Positions 39,534 to 48,718 of a DNA stretch of 64,000 nucleotides are shown piece after piece. This stretch comes from a virus. Taxonomy: Duplodnaviria > Caudoviricetes. The notes under the pieces are model-generated. The model was not told the DNA's origin. It did no database searches and saw nothing but the letters and a program-made list of their open reading frames with translations. Each line of letters starts with the position of its first letter. Within the stretch, counting starts at the first letter, position 1. Made by a program: the position numbers and the translations under genes. The DNA lies in IMG/VR virus record IMGVR_UViG_2738541308_000001, positions 1-64,000 of that record; one strand, 5' to 3'.

Positions 39534-39785
39534 CACCTCGCACACCCACCATGACTGAACAGCCCTACGGCGTCGGTGGCCTGATCACCACCGCCACCGC
39601 GACTCGACCGCTCATCCTGCACCCCGACGAATGCGTCCGAAGTCCCCGCGGTGAAGTTCTCGTCTGCGTCCGACCCGCACACCAGAACCGACAATGCCCC
39701 GACCTGAACATCGGAGCGACCCTTGCCCTCCTGAAACACATCACTGCCGCGCAGCAACCGCACGACCAAGGGAGCTCTCTTGACC

Positions 39786-40451
39786 ATGGCGACCACACCG
39801 AACCACCGCACTGACGACGAAAGCCTGCACGCCGCCAGGCGCGCATTCGACGACGCAGTGCAACTACTCACCGGACCCCGCATCGACATCAAAAACGACG
39901 ACAACGGAAACCGGATCGTCTGCACATCAGGTTCCCTGTACGCAGAAATGACCGAAAACCTTGCAGGACAGCAGGGCACAGCTCACGGGGGAGTGGCCCG
40001 CTCACTCCCGCCAGTCTGGGTCGACGGCTTGGACTGGATTGTCCTGGTGGACAACACTGTCACAGCGTGGGCGCCAGGCTCGGACGGCGGCACCGCGACG
40101 CGGCTCGCCTATCTGGCGGACTGGTCATGGCGCCCGCAGGATGCGGTGTGGTTGCAGGCTGCGGCGATGGAGATCCGCACATGGGTCGAGAGTGCGGAAG
40201 AACTGATCGCGGGGCGCAACCGCTTCACGTTGGCCGCGGCGTGCCCGGCCTGCGGTGAAACGCATGTCACGAGGACCGATTCGGACGGTGAGCACGTTCG
40301 GGTACCGGTCCTGCAGGTATCGCGTTCGGGTGCTTCATGCGTCGCTTGCGGGCACGAGTGGGGGTTGGACCGCCTGATGTGGCTTGCCCGCACGTTGGGT
40401 TGCGACCCGCTGGACGGAATCGACCCCGGTGTAGCCACAATCATCCGCTAA
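39786..40451 (+). CDS. Zinc-ribbon protein (possible late regulator)
   Basis: CPACG...CVACGHEW; last gene of the operon. Confidence 0.65.
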   Translation: MATTPNHRTDDESLHAARRAFDDAVQLLTGPRIDIKNDDNGNRIVCTSGSLYAEMTENLAGQQGTAHGGVARSLPPVWVDGLDWIVLVDNTVTAWAPGSDGGTATRLAYLADWSWRPQDAVWLQAAAMEIRTWVESAEELIAGRNRFTLAAACPACGETHVTRTDSDGEHVRVPVLQVSRSGASCVACGHEWGLDRLMWLARTLGCDPLDGIDPGVATIIR

Positions 40452-40459
40452 GTGCTGGG

Positions 40460-40480
40460 TGTCTAACGCGATGCTAGACA
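40460..40480. promoter_or_regulatory. TGTCTA-N9-TAGACA operator upstream of the Y RNA array
   Basis: Perfect palindromic copy of a motif repeated ~10 times in the window. Confidence 0.65.
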
Positions 40481-40516
40481 TCGAGACATTCATCAGTTAG
40501 TCTCGATCACGTCACC

Positions 40517-40589
40517 ACACCGGTGCGAAGCCCACAGGCAGTTACTTCCTCTTCGAAATACACTGTCGCCCGGCATTTTTACTCGGTGT
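40517..40589 (+). ncRNA. Y-RNA-like unit 1 (minimal, no tRNA-like domain)
   Basis: acaccg/cggtgt terminal stem; ccggtgcgaag, gttacttc and actcgg motifs. Confidence 0.7.
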
Positions 40590-40613
40590 CACAACTTTTC
40601 TTACAACTCAATA

Positions 40614-40758
40614 GAGTTCCGGTGCGAAGCACCGAGGGTTACTTCCAATCGCAATGGGGATGTCACGGGTTCGAATCCCGTCACCGGATCTGCATCCGGT
40701 GTAGCTCAGTTGGCTAGAGCGCCTACGTCACCCTCACCGCAACCATTACTCGGAACTC
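40614..40758 (+). ncRNA. YrlA-type Y RNA unit 2
   Basis: gagttccg/cggaactc stem; T arm acggg-ttcgaat-cccgt, loop-closed acceptor caccggat/atccggtg, D arm gctc-agttggcta-gagc. Confidence 0.88.
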
Positions 40759-40772
40759 ACAACAACTTTCGC

Positions 40773-40845
40773 GCTCCCGGTGCGAATCGGTCCGGCTACT
40801 TCTTTGGGTGAAATTTGCCGACACCGAGCCCATTTCCTCGGGAGC
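40773..40845 (+). ncRNA. Y-RNA-like unit 3 (minimal)
   Basis: gctcccg/cgggagc stem; ccggtgcgaa, gctacttc, catttcctcgg. Confidence 0.7.
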
Positions 40846-40859
40846 CGCACACTTCACAC

Positions 40860-40991
40860 CTCCCGGTGCGAAGGGATGCGGATACTTCTTCCATGAGAAG
40901 ACGGGGGTTCAAATCCCTCCCAGCCGAACATGATTCGACTGGTACACACAAGCGGCCTAGTGCGTCCCGCGTCCCACCTCATCCTCGGGAG
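40860..40991 (+). ncRNA. YrlA-type Y RNA unit 4
   Basis: ctcccg/cgggag stem; T arm ggggg-ttcaaat-ccctc, acceptor ccagccgaa/ttcgactgg, degenerate D arm. Confidence 0.8.
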
Positions 40992-41003
40992 CCACAACTT
41001 CAC

Positions 41004-41148
41004 AGAGTTGATGCCGGTGCGAAGGAGTACCGCTACTTCGTGTGTTGCGGGTTCAAATCCCGTCAGCAGCCCCGGCTGCTGTAGCTCAACTGGCAGAGTA
41101 ACGGACCCCCTCAGCGGCACCCCAACCTCATTACTCGGCATCAACTCT
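41004..41148 (+). ncRNA. YrlA-type Y RNA unit 5
   Basis: 13-bp stem agagttgatgccg/cggcatcaactct; T arm gcggg-ttcaaat-cccgt, acceptor cagcagc/gctgctg, D arm gctc-aactggca-gagt. Confidence 0.88.
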
Positions 41149-41185
41149 CGTGGTGGCTCCCTCCGAATTGAACACGGAGAACACC

Positions 41186-42784
41186 ATGACCAAGTTCAAC
41201 ACCCCCGGAACACGAGCAACCGGACGACATCCGATCACCACCGACCGCCACCCATCCGGGCGGACCCACGAAGGCGCAGCCGGATACGCGCGTGACACCC
41301 AGTCCGAACTGTTCCTCCTCGCAGTGACCAACATGGTCGGTGAGAAGACGTTCTACGAATCCGCCGCCTTACGCGATAACCGCTTCGGCGAACTGATCCG
41401 CACACTCGCCGCGCAACCGGACCCCGACCTCTGGCTCACACGCTTCGCCGGATGGCTCCGCAACTCCGCGAACATGCGTTCAGCCTCCCTCGTCCTCGCG
41501 GCAGAAGTCGTCCACGCCCGCCTCGCAGCCGGCCTGGCCGGTGGCAACAGGCAGATCATCAATTCCGTGCTGCAGCGCGCGGACGAACCAGGCGAATTCC
41601 TCGCATACTGGCACACGAACTATGGCCGCAACCTCCCGCAGCCGGTCAAGCGCGGTGTCGGCGACGCCGCCACGCGCCTCTACACCGAGCGGTCTGCCAT
41701 CAAATACGACACCGCATCTCACAGTGTCCGCTTCGCCGACGTCATCCGTCTGACTCACGCCGCCCCCAAAGCCGAATGGCAGAGCGACCTCTTCACCCAC
41801 CTCGTCGGCGCCCGACTCGGCGTCGAAGACCTCACGATCCCCGAGTCGCTACTCATGCTGCGAGAAAACGCAGCCATGAAGGCACTGACTCCACAGCAGG
41901 CCGTCGACCTCCTCTTCACCCCGAACGACATCACCGACAACGCGTCCACTGCGCTCGCCGCTGCAGGAATGACATGGGAGCAGATCCCGTCCCTGATCAA
42001 CGGACCGTGGACGGCCGCGATGTGGGAAGCGATCATCCCGTCGATGGGGTACATGGCGCTGCTGCGGAACCTCCGCAACTTCGACCAGGCCGGGGTCTCC
42101 GATGAAGTCGCAGAGCGGGTATGTAAGCGGCTCGTAGATCCCGAGCAGGTAGCGCGCTCGCGACAGTTCCCATTTCGGTTTTACTCGGCGTACAAGCACA
42201 CGAACTCGCTGCGCTGGGCATACGCGCTCGAGAAGGCGCTCGGGATGTCGCTCGCAAATGTTCCCCCGATGCCCGGCCGCACATTGATACTGGTCGACCA
42301 GTCGCCGTCGATGTTCCCCGGCTACTATTTCTCGACCCGAAACAGCAGTGACATCACGCTCGCCGAGCAGGCCGCACTCTTCGGGTCCGCGCTTGCGCTA
42401 CGCGCGGAATCTGCGGATCTCGTCGGCTATGGCACCAATAGCTACTCGGTGCCATTCACCCAGGGTGAAGCTGTCCTGCGCACGATGACGAAGTTTCACG
42501 TTGAAGACGGCACCGACACGGCCGCCGCAGTCGTTCACCGATTCAAGGGCCACGACCGCATCGTGATCGTCACCGATGAGCAGACCCAGCGCAGTCGCTA
42601 CGGCCGCATCGACGACTATGTTCCGGCGGGTGTTCCGGTCTATACCTGGAATCTCGGCGGCTATCAGCACGGCCACGGCCCGTCCGGGAACGCCCACCGG
42701 TACACCTTCGGTGGTCTAACCGATCAGATGTTCGCGATGATCCCGCTCCTCGAGCGTGGCGCCAACACATCGTGGCCGTTCTGA
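41186..42784 (+). CDS. rsr: Ro60/Rsr TROVE-domain RNA-binding protein with vWA domain
   Basis: THEGAAGY, ELFLLAV, QRADEPGE, MGYMALLRNLRN, SRQFPFRF, LVDQSPSM (MIDAS), VTDEQ. Confidence 0.93.
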   Translation: MTKFNTPGTRATGRHPITTDRHPSGRTHEGAAGYARDTQSELFLLAVTNMVGEKTFYESAALRDNRFGELIRTLAAQPDPDLWLTRFAGWLRNSANMRSASLVLAAEVVHARLAAGLAGGNRQIINSVLQRADEPGEFLAYWHTNYGRNLPQPVKRGVGDAATRLYTERSAIKYDTASHSVRFADVIRLTHAAPKAEWQSDLFTHLVGARLGVEDLTIPESLLMLRENAAMKALTPQQAVDLLFTPNDITDNASTALAAAGMTWEQIPSLINGPWTAAMWEAIIPSMGYMALLRNLRNFDQAGVSDEVAERVCKRLVDPEQVARSRQFPFRFYSAYKHTNSLRWAYALEKALGMSLANVPPMPGRTLILVDQSPSMFPGYYFSTRNSSDITLAEQAALFGSALALRAESADLVGYGTNSYSVPFTQGEAVLRTMTKFHVEDGTDTAAAVVHRFKGHDRIVIVTDEQTQRSRYGRIDDYVPAGVPVYTWNLGGYQHGHGPSGNAHRYTFGGLTDQMFAMIPLLERGANTSWPF

Positions 42785-43437
42785 TGGCGATGTCGACTGC
42801 CGCGGACTGGGCGGCGAAACTCCGAGACCTCCAACCGGTAACCCTCGACGCAGTAGACATTGATCCGGAGTCTGGCTGGATTCGCTGCGGCGGAGACAGC
42901 ATGGTCTTCGGACTCAAAGTCGCAGACTGCGTAGGAATTCCGATGGTCGGTCACACATACGAGCTGGAGACAGTACTCGGCTCCACCGTCACCGGACTCC
43001 GAACCGGGGACTTCTGGCTCATGCGTAAGACCGATCAACAGCTCGCCGATGAGCACAACACGATGGTTGCCGGTTTCCAGGACGAACGGCGACGGACTCT
43101 CGAGACCTGTCGGGAGACGTGGACCGAACAGGAAGCAGCGTTGCCGGACTGGCTACGTGAACGACTGCCACGGTTCCGCACGAATGGCGGCGAACGGTTT
43201 GACCTCGACGGGTGGGGCTACGAACTGATGATCTGCCGCCTCGCCGCGGTTCTCGCCGACGGCGACGAAGACGCTGCCAACGCCCTCGCATCGGAGAGCG
43301 GTGCATCCGGCAACCAATGGGACTGCGCGAAAGCCCTTGCCTCCCATCATGAGGGCGGTGCCGACCTAACCGAATTCCCGGCCGGGTTGACCCCGCTCAC
43401 CGGTGACCCCTACTACCTCGGAAAGACGGAATCATGA
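42784..43437 (+). CDS. Hypothetical protein
   Basis: Coupled to the rsr stop; GASGNQWDCAKALA. Confidence 0.65.
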   Translation: MAMSTAADWAAKLRDLQPVTLDAVDIDPESGWIRCGGDSMVFGLKVADCVGIPMVGHTYELETVLGSTVTGLRTGDFWLMRKTDQQLADEHNTMVAGFQDERRRTLETCRETWTEQEAALPDWLRERLPRFRTNGGERFDLDGWGYELMICRLAAVLADGDEDAANALASESGASGNQWDCAKALASHHEGGADLTEFPAGLTPLTGDPYYLGKTES

Positions 43438-43706
43438 CTGCAGCATCAACGATCCACCCGGACCGACACCCCCAAGCCGGGACCGCCGTCACCATCGACG
43501 TCCCCGGGATCGGGGCAGGGGAGTACTGGATCGAAGACTGGTGGGACCGCGCCGCAGGAATGTCCTGGATGGTTGCGGACGGTAACCCTGCAGCGCTCAA
43601 GTATGCGATTCGCGTCGGATTCTCCAACCTGCCCGTCGACAACGAAGTCGTCTACGGGCACCTCGGTAGCTTCGGGCACCTGATTCACACCTCGGAACTG
43701 CCATGA
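43434..43706 (+). CDS. Hypothetical phage protein
   Basis: IEDWWDR...GNPAALKYA...DNEVVYG..G..GHLIH.SEL. Confidence 0.7.
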   Translation: MTAASTIHPDRHPQAGTAVTIDVPGIGAGEYWIEDWWDRAAGMSWMVADGNPAALKYAIRVGFSNLPVDNEVVYGHLGSFGHLIHTSELP

Positions 43707-44302
43707 CCGCCGCCGCAGTAACCGAGAAGCGTAAGCAACAGCGCGCCACACGAACCCGCACCAAGATCCTCGTCAAAGCAGCACACCTCTTCGACACCCA
43801 CGGCTACGCCGCGACCACCATCAACGATGTCTGCGAGTCCGGGCTCCTCACCAAAGGCGCGATCTACTACCACTTCACTTCCAAGGAAGAGATCGCCGGT
43901 GCACTGATCGGAATGTGGGTCGACGCAGCCACAGACATCAGCAACGACATCGACGGCGACCCAGTCGACGCGCTCACCACCCTCGCGAGCAAGCTCGCTG
44001 ACACCGCCGCGAAAAACCCGGAACTCCGCGCCGGACTGAAACTGAGCACCGAAACACAGATCGACGCCAGCTACACCGGCTACGAATCGTGGACCAGCCT
44101 TGTCACCGAACGCATCTGCGATGCAGTCGACGCCGGCCAGCTCGTCAACACTCCCGCCGCGCGGCTCGCCGGAAACGGCATCTGCGCGGCGCTAGTCGGG
44201 TTCCTCATCACCCCTGGCAGTGGCTTCACCTTCACTGACCGTTTCGCAGAAACAGTCAACGCGATCCTCGCCGGACTCCGACCACTGAAAGAAGCAGCAT
44301 GA
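43703..44302 (+). CDS. TetR-family regulator (ScbR/ArpA gamma-butyrolactone-receptor-like)
   Basis: KQQRATRTR..IL..AA.LF...GY...TKGAIYYHF.SKEE. Confidence 0.85.
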   Translation: MTAAAVTEKRKQQRATRTRTKILVKAAHLFDTHGYAATTINDVCESGLLTKGAIYYHFTSKEEIAGALIGMWVDAATDISNDIDGDPVDALTTLASKLADTAAKNPELRAGLKLSTETQIDASYTGYESWTSLVTERICDAVDAGQLVNTPAARLAGNGICAALVGFLITPGSGFTFTDRFAETVNAILAGLRPLKEAA

Positions 44303-44559
44303 GTACCCAATACGGCACCGTCGACCTCGAGCTGATCGAATATGTCCGCGATCAGGACGAACTCGACGCCGTCAACGCGCTCGGCATCATCAAACCGAAT
44401 ACGGTCCTGCTCAACGGCCGCCACCTTCGGATCCCTGTGGATCAGTCCATCACCGTCGACTCCGTTGAAGTACCCGGACACGATGTCGCGAAAGTGACGC
44501 TCACTTTGTTCGTTCGCAAGGTCAACATCGAAGCGCGAGTGAGGCCGGAAGCCGAATGA
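44299..44559 (+). CDS. Hypothetical protein
   Basis: ATGA overlaps. Confidence 0.55.
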   Translation: MSTQYGTVDLELIEYVRDQDELDAVNALGIIKPNTVLLNGRHLRIPVDQSITVDSVEVPGHDVAKVTLTLFVRKVNIEARVRPEAE

Positions 44560-44882
44560 CCGGGTTCCTCGTCCATTTCTTCATCATCGTCGCAACGATC
44601 TGCAACGCAATCCTTGCAGGTTTCGCCATCGTGTTCGTCGTCTCGACAGTCCTGCCGAACCCTCGACTGTTCAACATCCTCATCGGTTGGCTGACCGCAC
44701 TCGGACCCGAAAGCAACGAGGATGCCGACGCGTGACCGACTCCGGTACACGCTGCGCCAGTGGCGGGGTCGCATCCGCCGAACCCTTCGCCGAGTACTGA
44801 CCGCTGAATGGTTCGGACACATCGACCCCGCCGACTGGTGGGACTGACCAACACACTCACTACCGGTAAGGAGCACCGCTCG

Positions 44883-45476
44883 ATGAGCAACATCTGGCTC
44901 ACCGCAGACCTGCACCTCGCACATCCGAAGGTCGCAAAACTCCGCGGCTTCGACAGCATCGACGAGCACGACCGAACAATCCTGTCGAACATCGCCAACA
45001 CCCTCAACCGAAACGACCACCTGTGGATTTGCGGTGACCTCTCCAGCGGCGGCTCCGGGTCCGAACGGTCAGCACTCGATCAACTTCAGCAGTTCACACC
45101 GTTCTTCACCATGCATCTCGTCGCCGGAAACCACGATTCCGTGCACCCGATTCACCGGAAGGCCTACACACGGCAAGGAATCTTCGGGGAAGTGTTCGCG
45201 TCGATCCAACCGTTCGCCTACCGACGCGCGGCCGGGCACCGACTTTGGCTGTCCCACTTTCCATACTTCGGGGACGGCGACCGCGACGCCATCGAACGAT
45301 TCCCGGAAGTGCGACTACACGACAACGGCATCGACTTCCTCGCACACGGCCATCTGCACTGCACCGAGCAGTGGACCGGCCCCCGCTCCCTGCACGTCGG
45401 ACTCGACGCCTGGAACCTCGCGCCAGTCAACATCGACACCGTCGTCGACATGATCGTAGAAAGAGCAGCAGCATGA
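44883..45476 (+). CDS. Calcineurin-like metallophosphoesterase
   Basis: DLH..H, GD, GNHD, SHFPY, HGHLH. Confidence 0.9.
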   Translation: MSNIWLTADLHLAHPKVAKLRGFDSIDEHDRTILSNIANTLNRNDHLWICGDLSSGGSGSERSALDQLQQFTPFFTMHLVAGNHDSVHPIHRKAYTRQGIFGEVFASIQPFAYRRAAGHRLWLSHFPYFGDGDRDAIERFPEVRLHDNGIDFLAHGHLHCTEQWTGPRSLHVGLDAWNLAPVNIDTVVDMIVERAAA

Positions 45477-46009
45477 GCGCCGACCAACATCTCCTCGTCG
45501 CCGAGTTCCACCGCGCCTTCGGCCACCCCGTCGCGTTGATGCCGACCTGGCGCGACCAGAAAACCCGCGAACTCCGCATCCGGTTGCTCCTCGAGGAATA
45601 CGACGAACTACGAGCAGCCGAGGCCGCGAACGACCGCGTCGAAATCGCAGACGCACTCGCCGACATCGCGTACATCGCACACGGCACCATGTGGGTGCAC
45701 GGTCTGCCGTACTGGGCGAACAAAACCTTCGACGGAACTCTCGACGACGCAGTCGAAAAGTACCGCAACGCAGGCACACTCATCGAGGCGCACCTCGCGC
45801 TCTCCGTCATCCAGGTCCAGGTCCGGACCCACGCCGACACAGCAGGCATCCCGTTCGCTGCCGTGTTCACCGAAGTCCACGCATCCAACATGAGCAAACT
45901 CGGGCCCGACGGTAAGCCGATCTACCGCGCCGACGGCAAGATCCTCAAAGGCCCGAACTACTTCGCCCCTGACATCGCTCGCATCCTCGCCGAAGTTGAT
46001 GCCGCATGA
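45473..46009 (+). CDS. MazG/PRA-PH-like nucleotide pyrophosphohydrolase
   Basis: EEYDEL, DALADIAY, EVHASNMSK, DGKILKGPNY. Confidence 0.88.
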   Translation: MSADQHLLVAEFHRAFGHPVALMPTWRDQKTRELRIRLLLEEYDELRAAEAANDRVEIADALADIAYIAHGTMWVHGLPYWANKTFDGTLDDAVEKYRNAGTLIEAHLALSVIQVQVRTHADTAGIPFAAVFTEVHASNMSKLGPDGKPIYRADGKILKGPNYFAPDIARILAEVDAA

Positions 46010-46103
46010 AGCAGATGATCGCGGCACTCGCGGCAGCCGCCGTCACATTCGCCGCCCTCGTCTACATCGCATGGGTGGTGCTCACCGAAGGATTCGACAA
46101 CAG

Positions 46104-46739
46104 ATGAACGATGCCTGCCTGTGTGGCCTGTGCCCGGCATGCCGACGGGAGGACAGAATCTCCCAGCGGCCAACACCGACCGCGCCTCCCGTATTGTCGG
46201 AACCCGCGCGCCGCATTCTCGCTGAACCCGCCGGATACACCCCACCGCCTCGACCTCGCGTATCCACCTCGGCTCCCAAGCCGCCGAAGCGGAAACCGAC
46301 ATCCGCGCGCAAACCGCAGAAGAAGAGGACCCCTCGTCCCGCGCCAGCGAACCCGCGACCAGTCGGACCAGCGGACCAATTCACCCCAACCCCGTGCGAC
46401 GAATGCGGCGAACCGCGGATCGTAATCCCCTACGGACGCGCATTCACCCTCGCCGGCCGAAACGGACTGTGCGAGTTGTGCTTCGACAGCAGCAAAATGA
46501 CATCGGAACTTGCACGCCTCGAGGCGCTGCCGCTGCCGTACACCCCGCAAATCCGCAACCGGCTGAGAATGCTGCGTCGCCACCGAGAACGCGTCCTCCG
46601 CGACGGACGCCCGTATCACCAGGCCGCACCGCACGGGAAAGTCAGCGCCTACCAAGTTTTCGGATGCCGCTGCGCCCCGTGCCGCGCCGTCAAATCCGCG
46701 TACCTCCACGAGTACCGCTACCGCCGAACCAAGGACTGA
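46104..46739 (+). CDS. Cys-rich hypothetical protein
   Basis: HGKVSAY...GCRCAPCR zinc finger. Confidence 0.55.
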   Translation: MNDACLCGLCPACRREDRISQRPTPTAPPVLSEPARRILAEPAGYTPPPRPRVSTSAPKPPKRKPTSARKPQKKRTPRPAPANPRPVGPADQFTPTPCDECGEPRIVIPYGRAFTLAGRNGLCELCFDSSKMTSELARLEALPLPYTPQIRNRLRMLRRHRERVLRDGRPYHQAAPHGKVSAYQVFGCRCAPCRAVKSAYLHEYRYRRTKD

Positions 46740-46841
46740 TCAATGGTCGATGGGCGAGGGAACTTGCGGGTCAGATTAGCCATCATGTGTCAATGCGACC
46801 CTAAACATCCGAAGCGGTCTGCGATAAGCGACAATCTCCCC

Positions 46842-48197
46842 ATGATCATCGTTCTTGACACGACAGTTGTGCTTTCGGACCCGCAGCTGCGGGCAGCGTG
46901 GTGGAATACTCTCAAGGAGACAGCCAAGCGAAATACTGCGCGAATCTTGGTCCCGGAAGTAGTCGTGATCGAGGCGGTCGCCAATCAAAGGCGAACCCTG
47001 GCCGCGTTGTCGAAGAAATTGATCGAGGCAGCTCAGCGGGAAAAGCGATTCGGTGTCGACTCCATCTGTGATGCTATTGGCGCCGCAATTGATGCGAAAA
47101 CTGAGGCATTTGAGCGAGAATTGCGCGGGCACCTGTCGTCTGTCGGTGCGACGTTCGTTCCACCCGCCTCGATTGATCATCTTGAGCTGGTCGCCCGTGC
47201 GGTGATGTTTCGCAAGCCCTGGGATGGTGACGAACGGAAAGATGGTTACCGAGACACGCTCAATTGGCTGACCGTCATCGATATTGCCGAGTCGAATGCA
47301 GGACACGAGGTCTGGTGGGTCTCGCAAAATTCCAAGGACTTCGGCGCCAACGATGACGACGACAACCCTACGAAGTGGCACCACGACATCAATGAGGAGC
47401 TTCAATCGAAGGGGCTCATCGATCGGGTGAATTGGGCACACGACATTGCCTCACTCCTATCCGCCATCGCTGAGCGCACTGCACCGGTTGCGGCTGGAGA
47501 CAAGCAGGAGTTCGTCGAAAAGATATCCGAGAAAGAACTCTTCGGATACGTCTACTCTGAGCTAGTAGGTTGGAAACTTGAGGGTGCGGCAATTGGCCTT
47601 CCAAAGGCCACGCGGTCAGCGGAGATCGTATTCATGACGGACTTGCGCGACATCGAGTGGGAGAGCTTGGCAGGAGACGGCGATGGCGGATATGTAGCGC
47701 GTTTCAACTCGATCGTGCACGCTGGGATCAAGGCAGTGATTCCAGATGAGGACGGACTGCACTCGGTTACCCCAGAACGCGATTTCAGTATTTCCGGAGT
47801 TGCGAGCCTGACGCGAGATGGGTCAATTACCTCGGTTTCTCTATCCTCGATTGAGGTGAGTTCCGCACTCCTTCGCGAGGCGTTGGCAAATATCAAGCAT
47901 GCAGCTCGTCATGCAGCGGATCGGCATTTGGATAGCAATCTTGGAGATCGAAATACACGCCGGAGGGTCCTTGCTGACGTACTGCTCATGGCTATCGCCG
48001 GCCTGAATAACCCGCAGCTAGCGGACCTTGACTTCGCTGCGCTCGAAACCACTTTGCGCGAATCTGGCGTTTCAGAGGATACGGTTACGAGCCTCTTGAA
48101 ACAGGCAAAGCATATGCGCAACGCGACCCTTCACGGACGACCGCTCGAACCATTCGAACTAGGGTCCGGAGAAGCGGCCTTGAACGATGATGACTAA
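46842..48197 (+). CDS. PIN-domain (DUF4935-like) protein
   Basis: IVLDTT, VPEVVVIE, KDGYRDTLNWLT, SQNSKDF; atypical codon usage. Confidence 0.85.
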   Translation: MIIVLDTTVVLSDPQLRAAWWNTLKETAKRNTARILVPEVVVIEAVANQRRTLAALSKKLIEAAQREKRFGVDSICDAIGAAIDAKTEAFERELRGHLSSVGATFVPPASIDHLELVARAVMFRKPWDGDERKDGYRDTLNWLTVIDIAESNAGHEVWWVSQNSKDFGANDDDDNPTKWHHDINEELQSKGLIDRVNWAHDIASLLSAIAERTAPVAAGDKQEFVEKISEKELFGYVYSELVGWKLEGAAIGLPKATRSAEIVFMTDLRDIEWESLAGDGDGGYVARFNSIVHAGIKAVIPDEDGLHSVTPERDFSISGVASLTRDGSITSVSLSSIEVSSALLREALANIKHAARHAADRHLDSNLGDRNTRRRVLADVLLMAIAGLNNPQLADLDFAALETTLRESGVSEDTVTSLLKQAKHMRNATLHGRPLEPFELGSGEAALNDDD

Positions 48198-48247
48198 CCC
48201 CAAGCAACATAGCTTCAGGCTTGTTTGTCGATTGGTTGGAGGTGAAA

Positions 48248-48718
48248 ATGGAACTCGCACAACTGGTGACTGTGATTGATTCTTTGCAAGCCGCACAGCC
48301 GGTAACGGATGCCTACGAGCCGCGCAGCGACGGCACGGTCCGGTATTCCTCACAGAAGGAGCACCTGCTCGGCTTCTGGGGCGAATACAACACTCCCGGT
48401 GCCTACAACCGGAAGCACACCGATCGTGACGCGAAGTTCGCCTACAACCACCTGCGGTGCGCCCCAGCGTTGCTCTGGCTCGCCGAGGCATTGGGTGAAG
48501 AACGCGATGTTCTCGAAAAGGCAATCGCCGCAATCCGCACTGCCGGACCTAACCGATCGTCGCAGTGCGCGGCATTCCGAAAGGTGTTGCCGTGGTCGAG
48601 AATCGAGTCACTGATCGAGGCGGGAGATTTCGCTCGCCCAGGTTTGTCCAGGCATGTAGGCGCCCTCGTGACGCGAATCAGCAGGTTGATTCCGGCGATG
48701 ACTAGACAACCCGCGTAG
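48248..48718 (+). CDS. Hypothetical protein
   Basis: SQKEH..G...Y...GAY.R....AK..YNHL.C...LLWLAEALG. Confidence 0.7.
   Translation: MELAQLVTVIDSLQAAQPVTDAYEPRSDGTVRYSSQKEHLLGFWGEYNTPGAYNRKHTDRDAKFAYNHLRCAPALLWLAEALGEERDVLEKAIAAIRTAGPNRSSQCAAFRKVLPWSRIESLIEAGDFARPGLSRHVGALVTRISRLIPAMTRQPA

Noticed and set aside
40517-41148. CRISPR array or tRNA cluster interpretation of the repeats
   Set aside because: Repeats are short, split motifs with unit lengths of 73-145 nt; there are no cas genes; tRNA arms are in permuted order (T before D) with no anticodon arm, which fits Y RNAs.
40523-41295. ORFs 40523-40717, 40815-41084, 40854-41144 and 40930-41295
   Set aside because: They overlap structured RNA units, lack an RBS and have no recognisable protein features.
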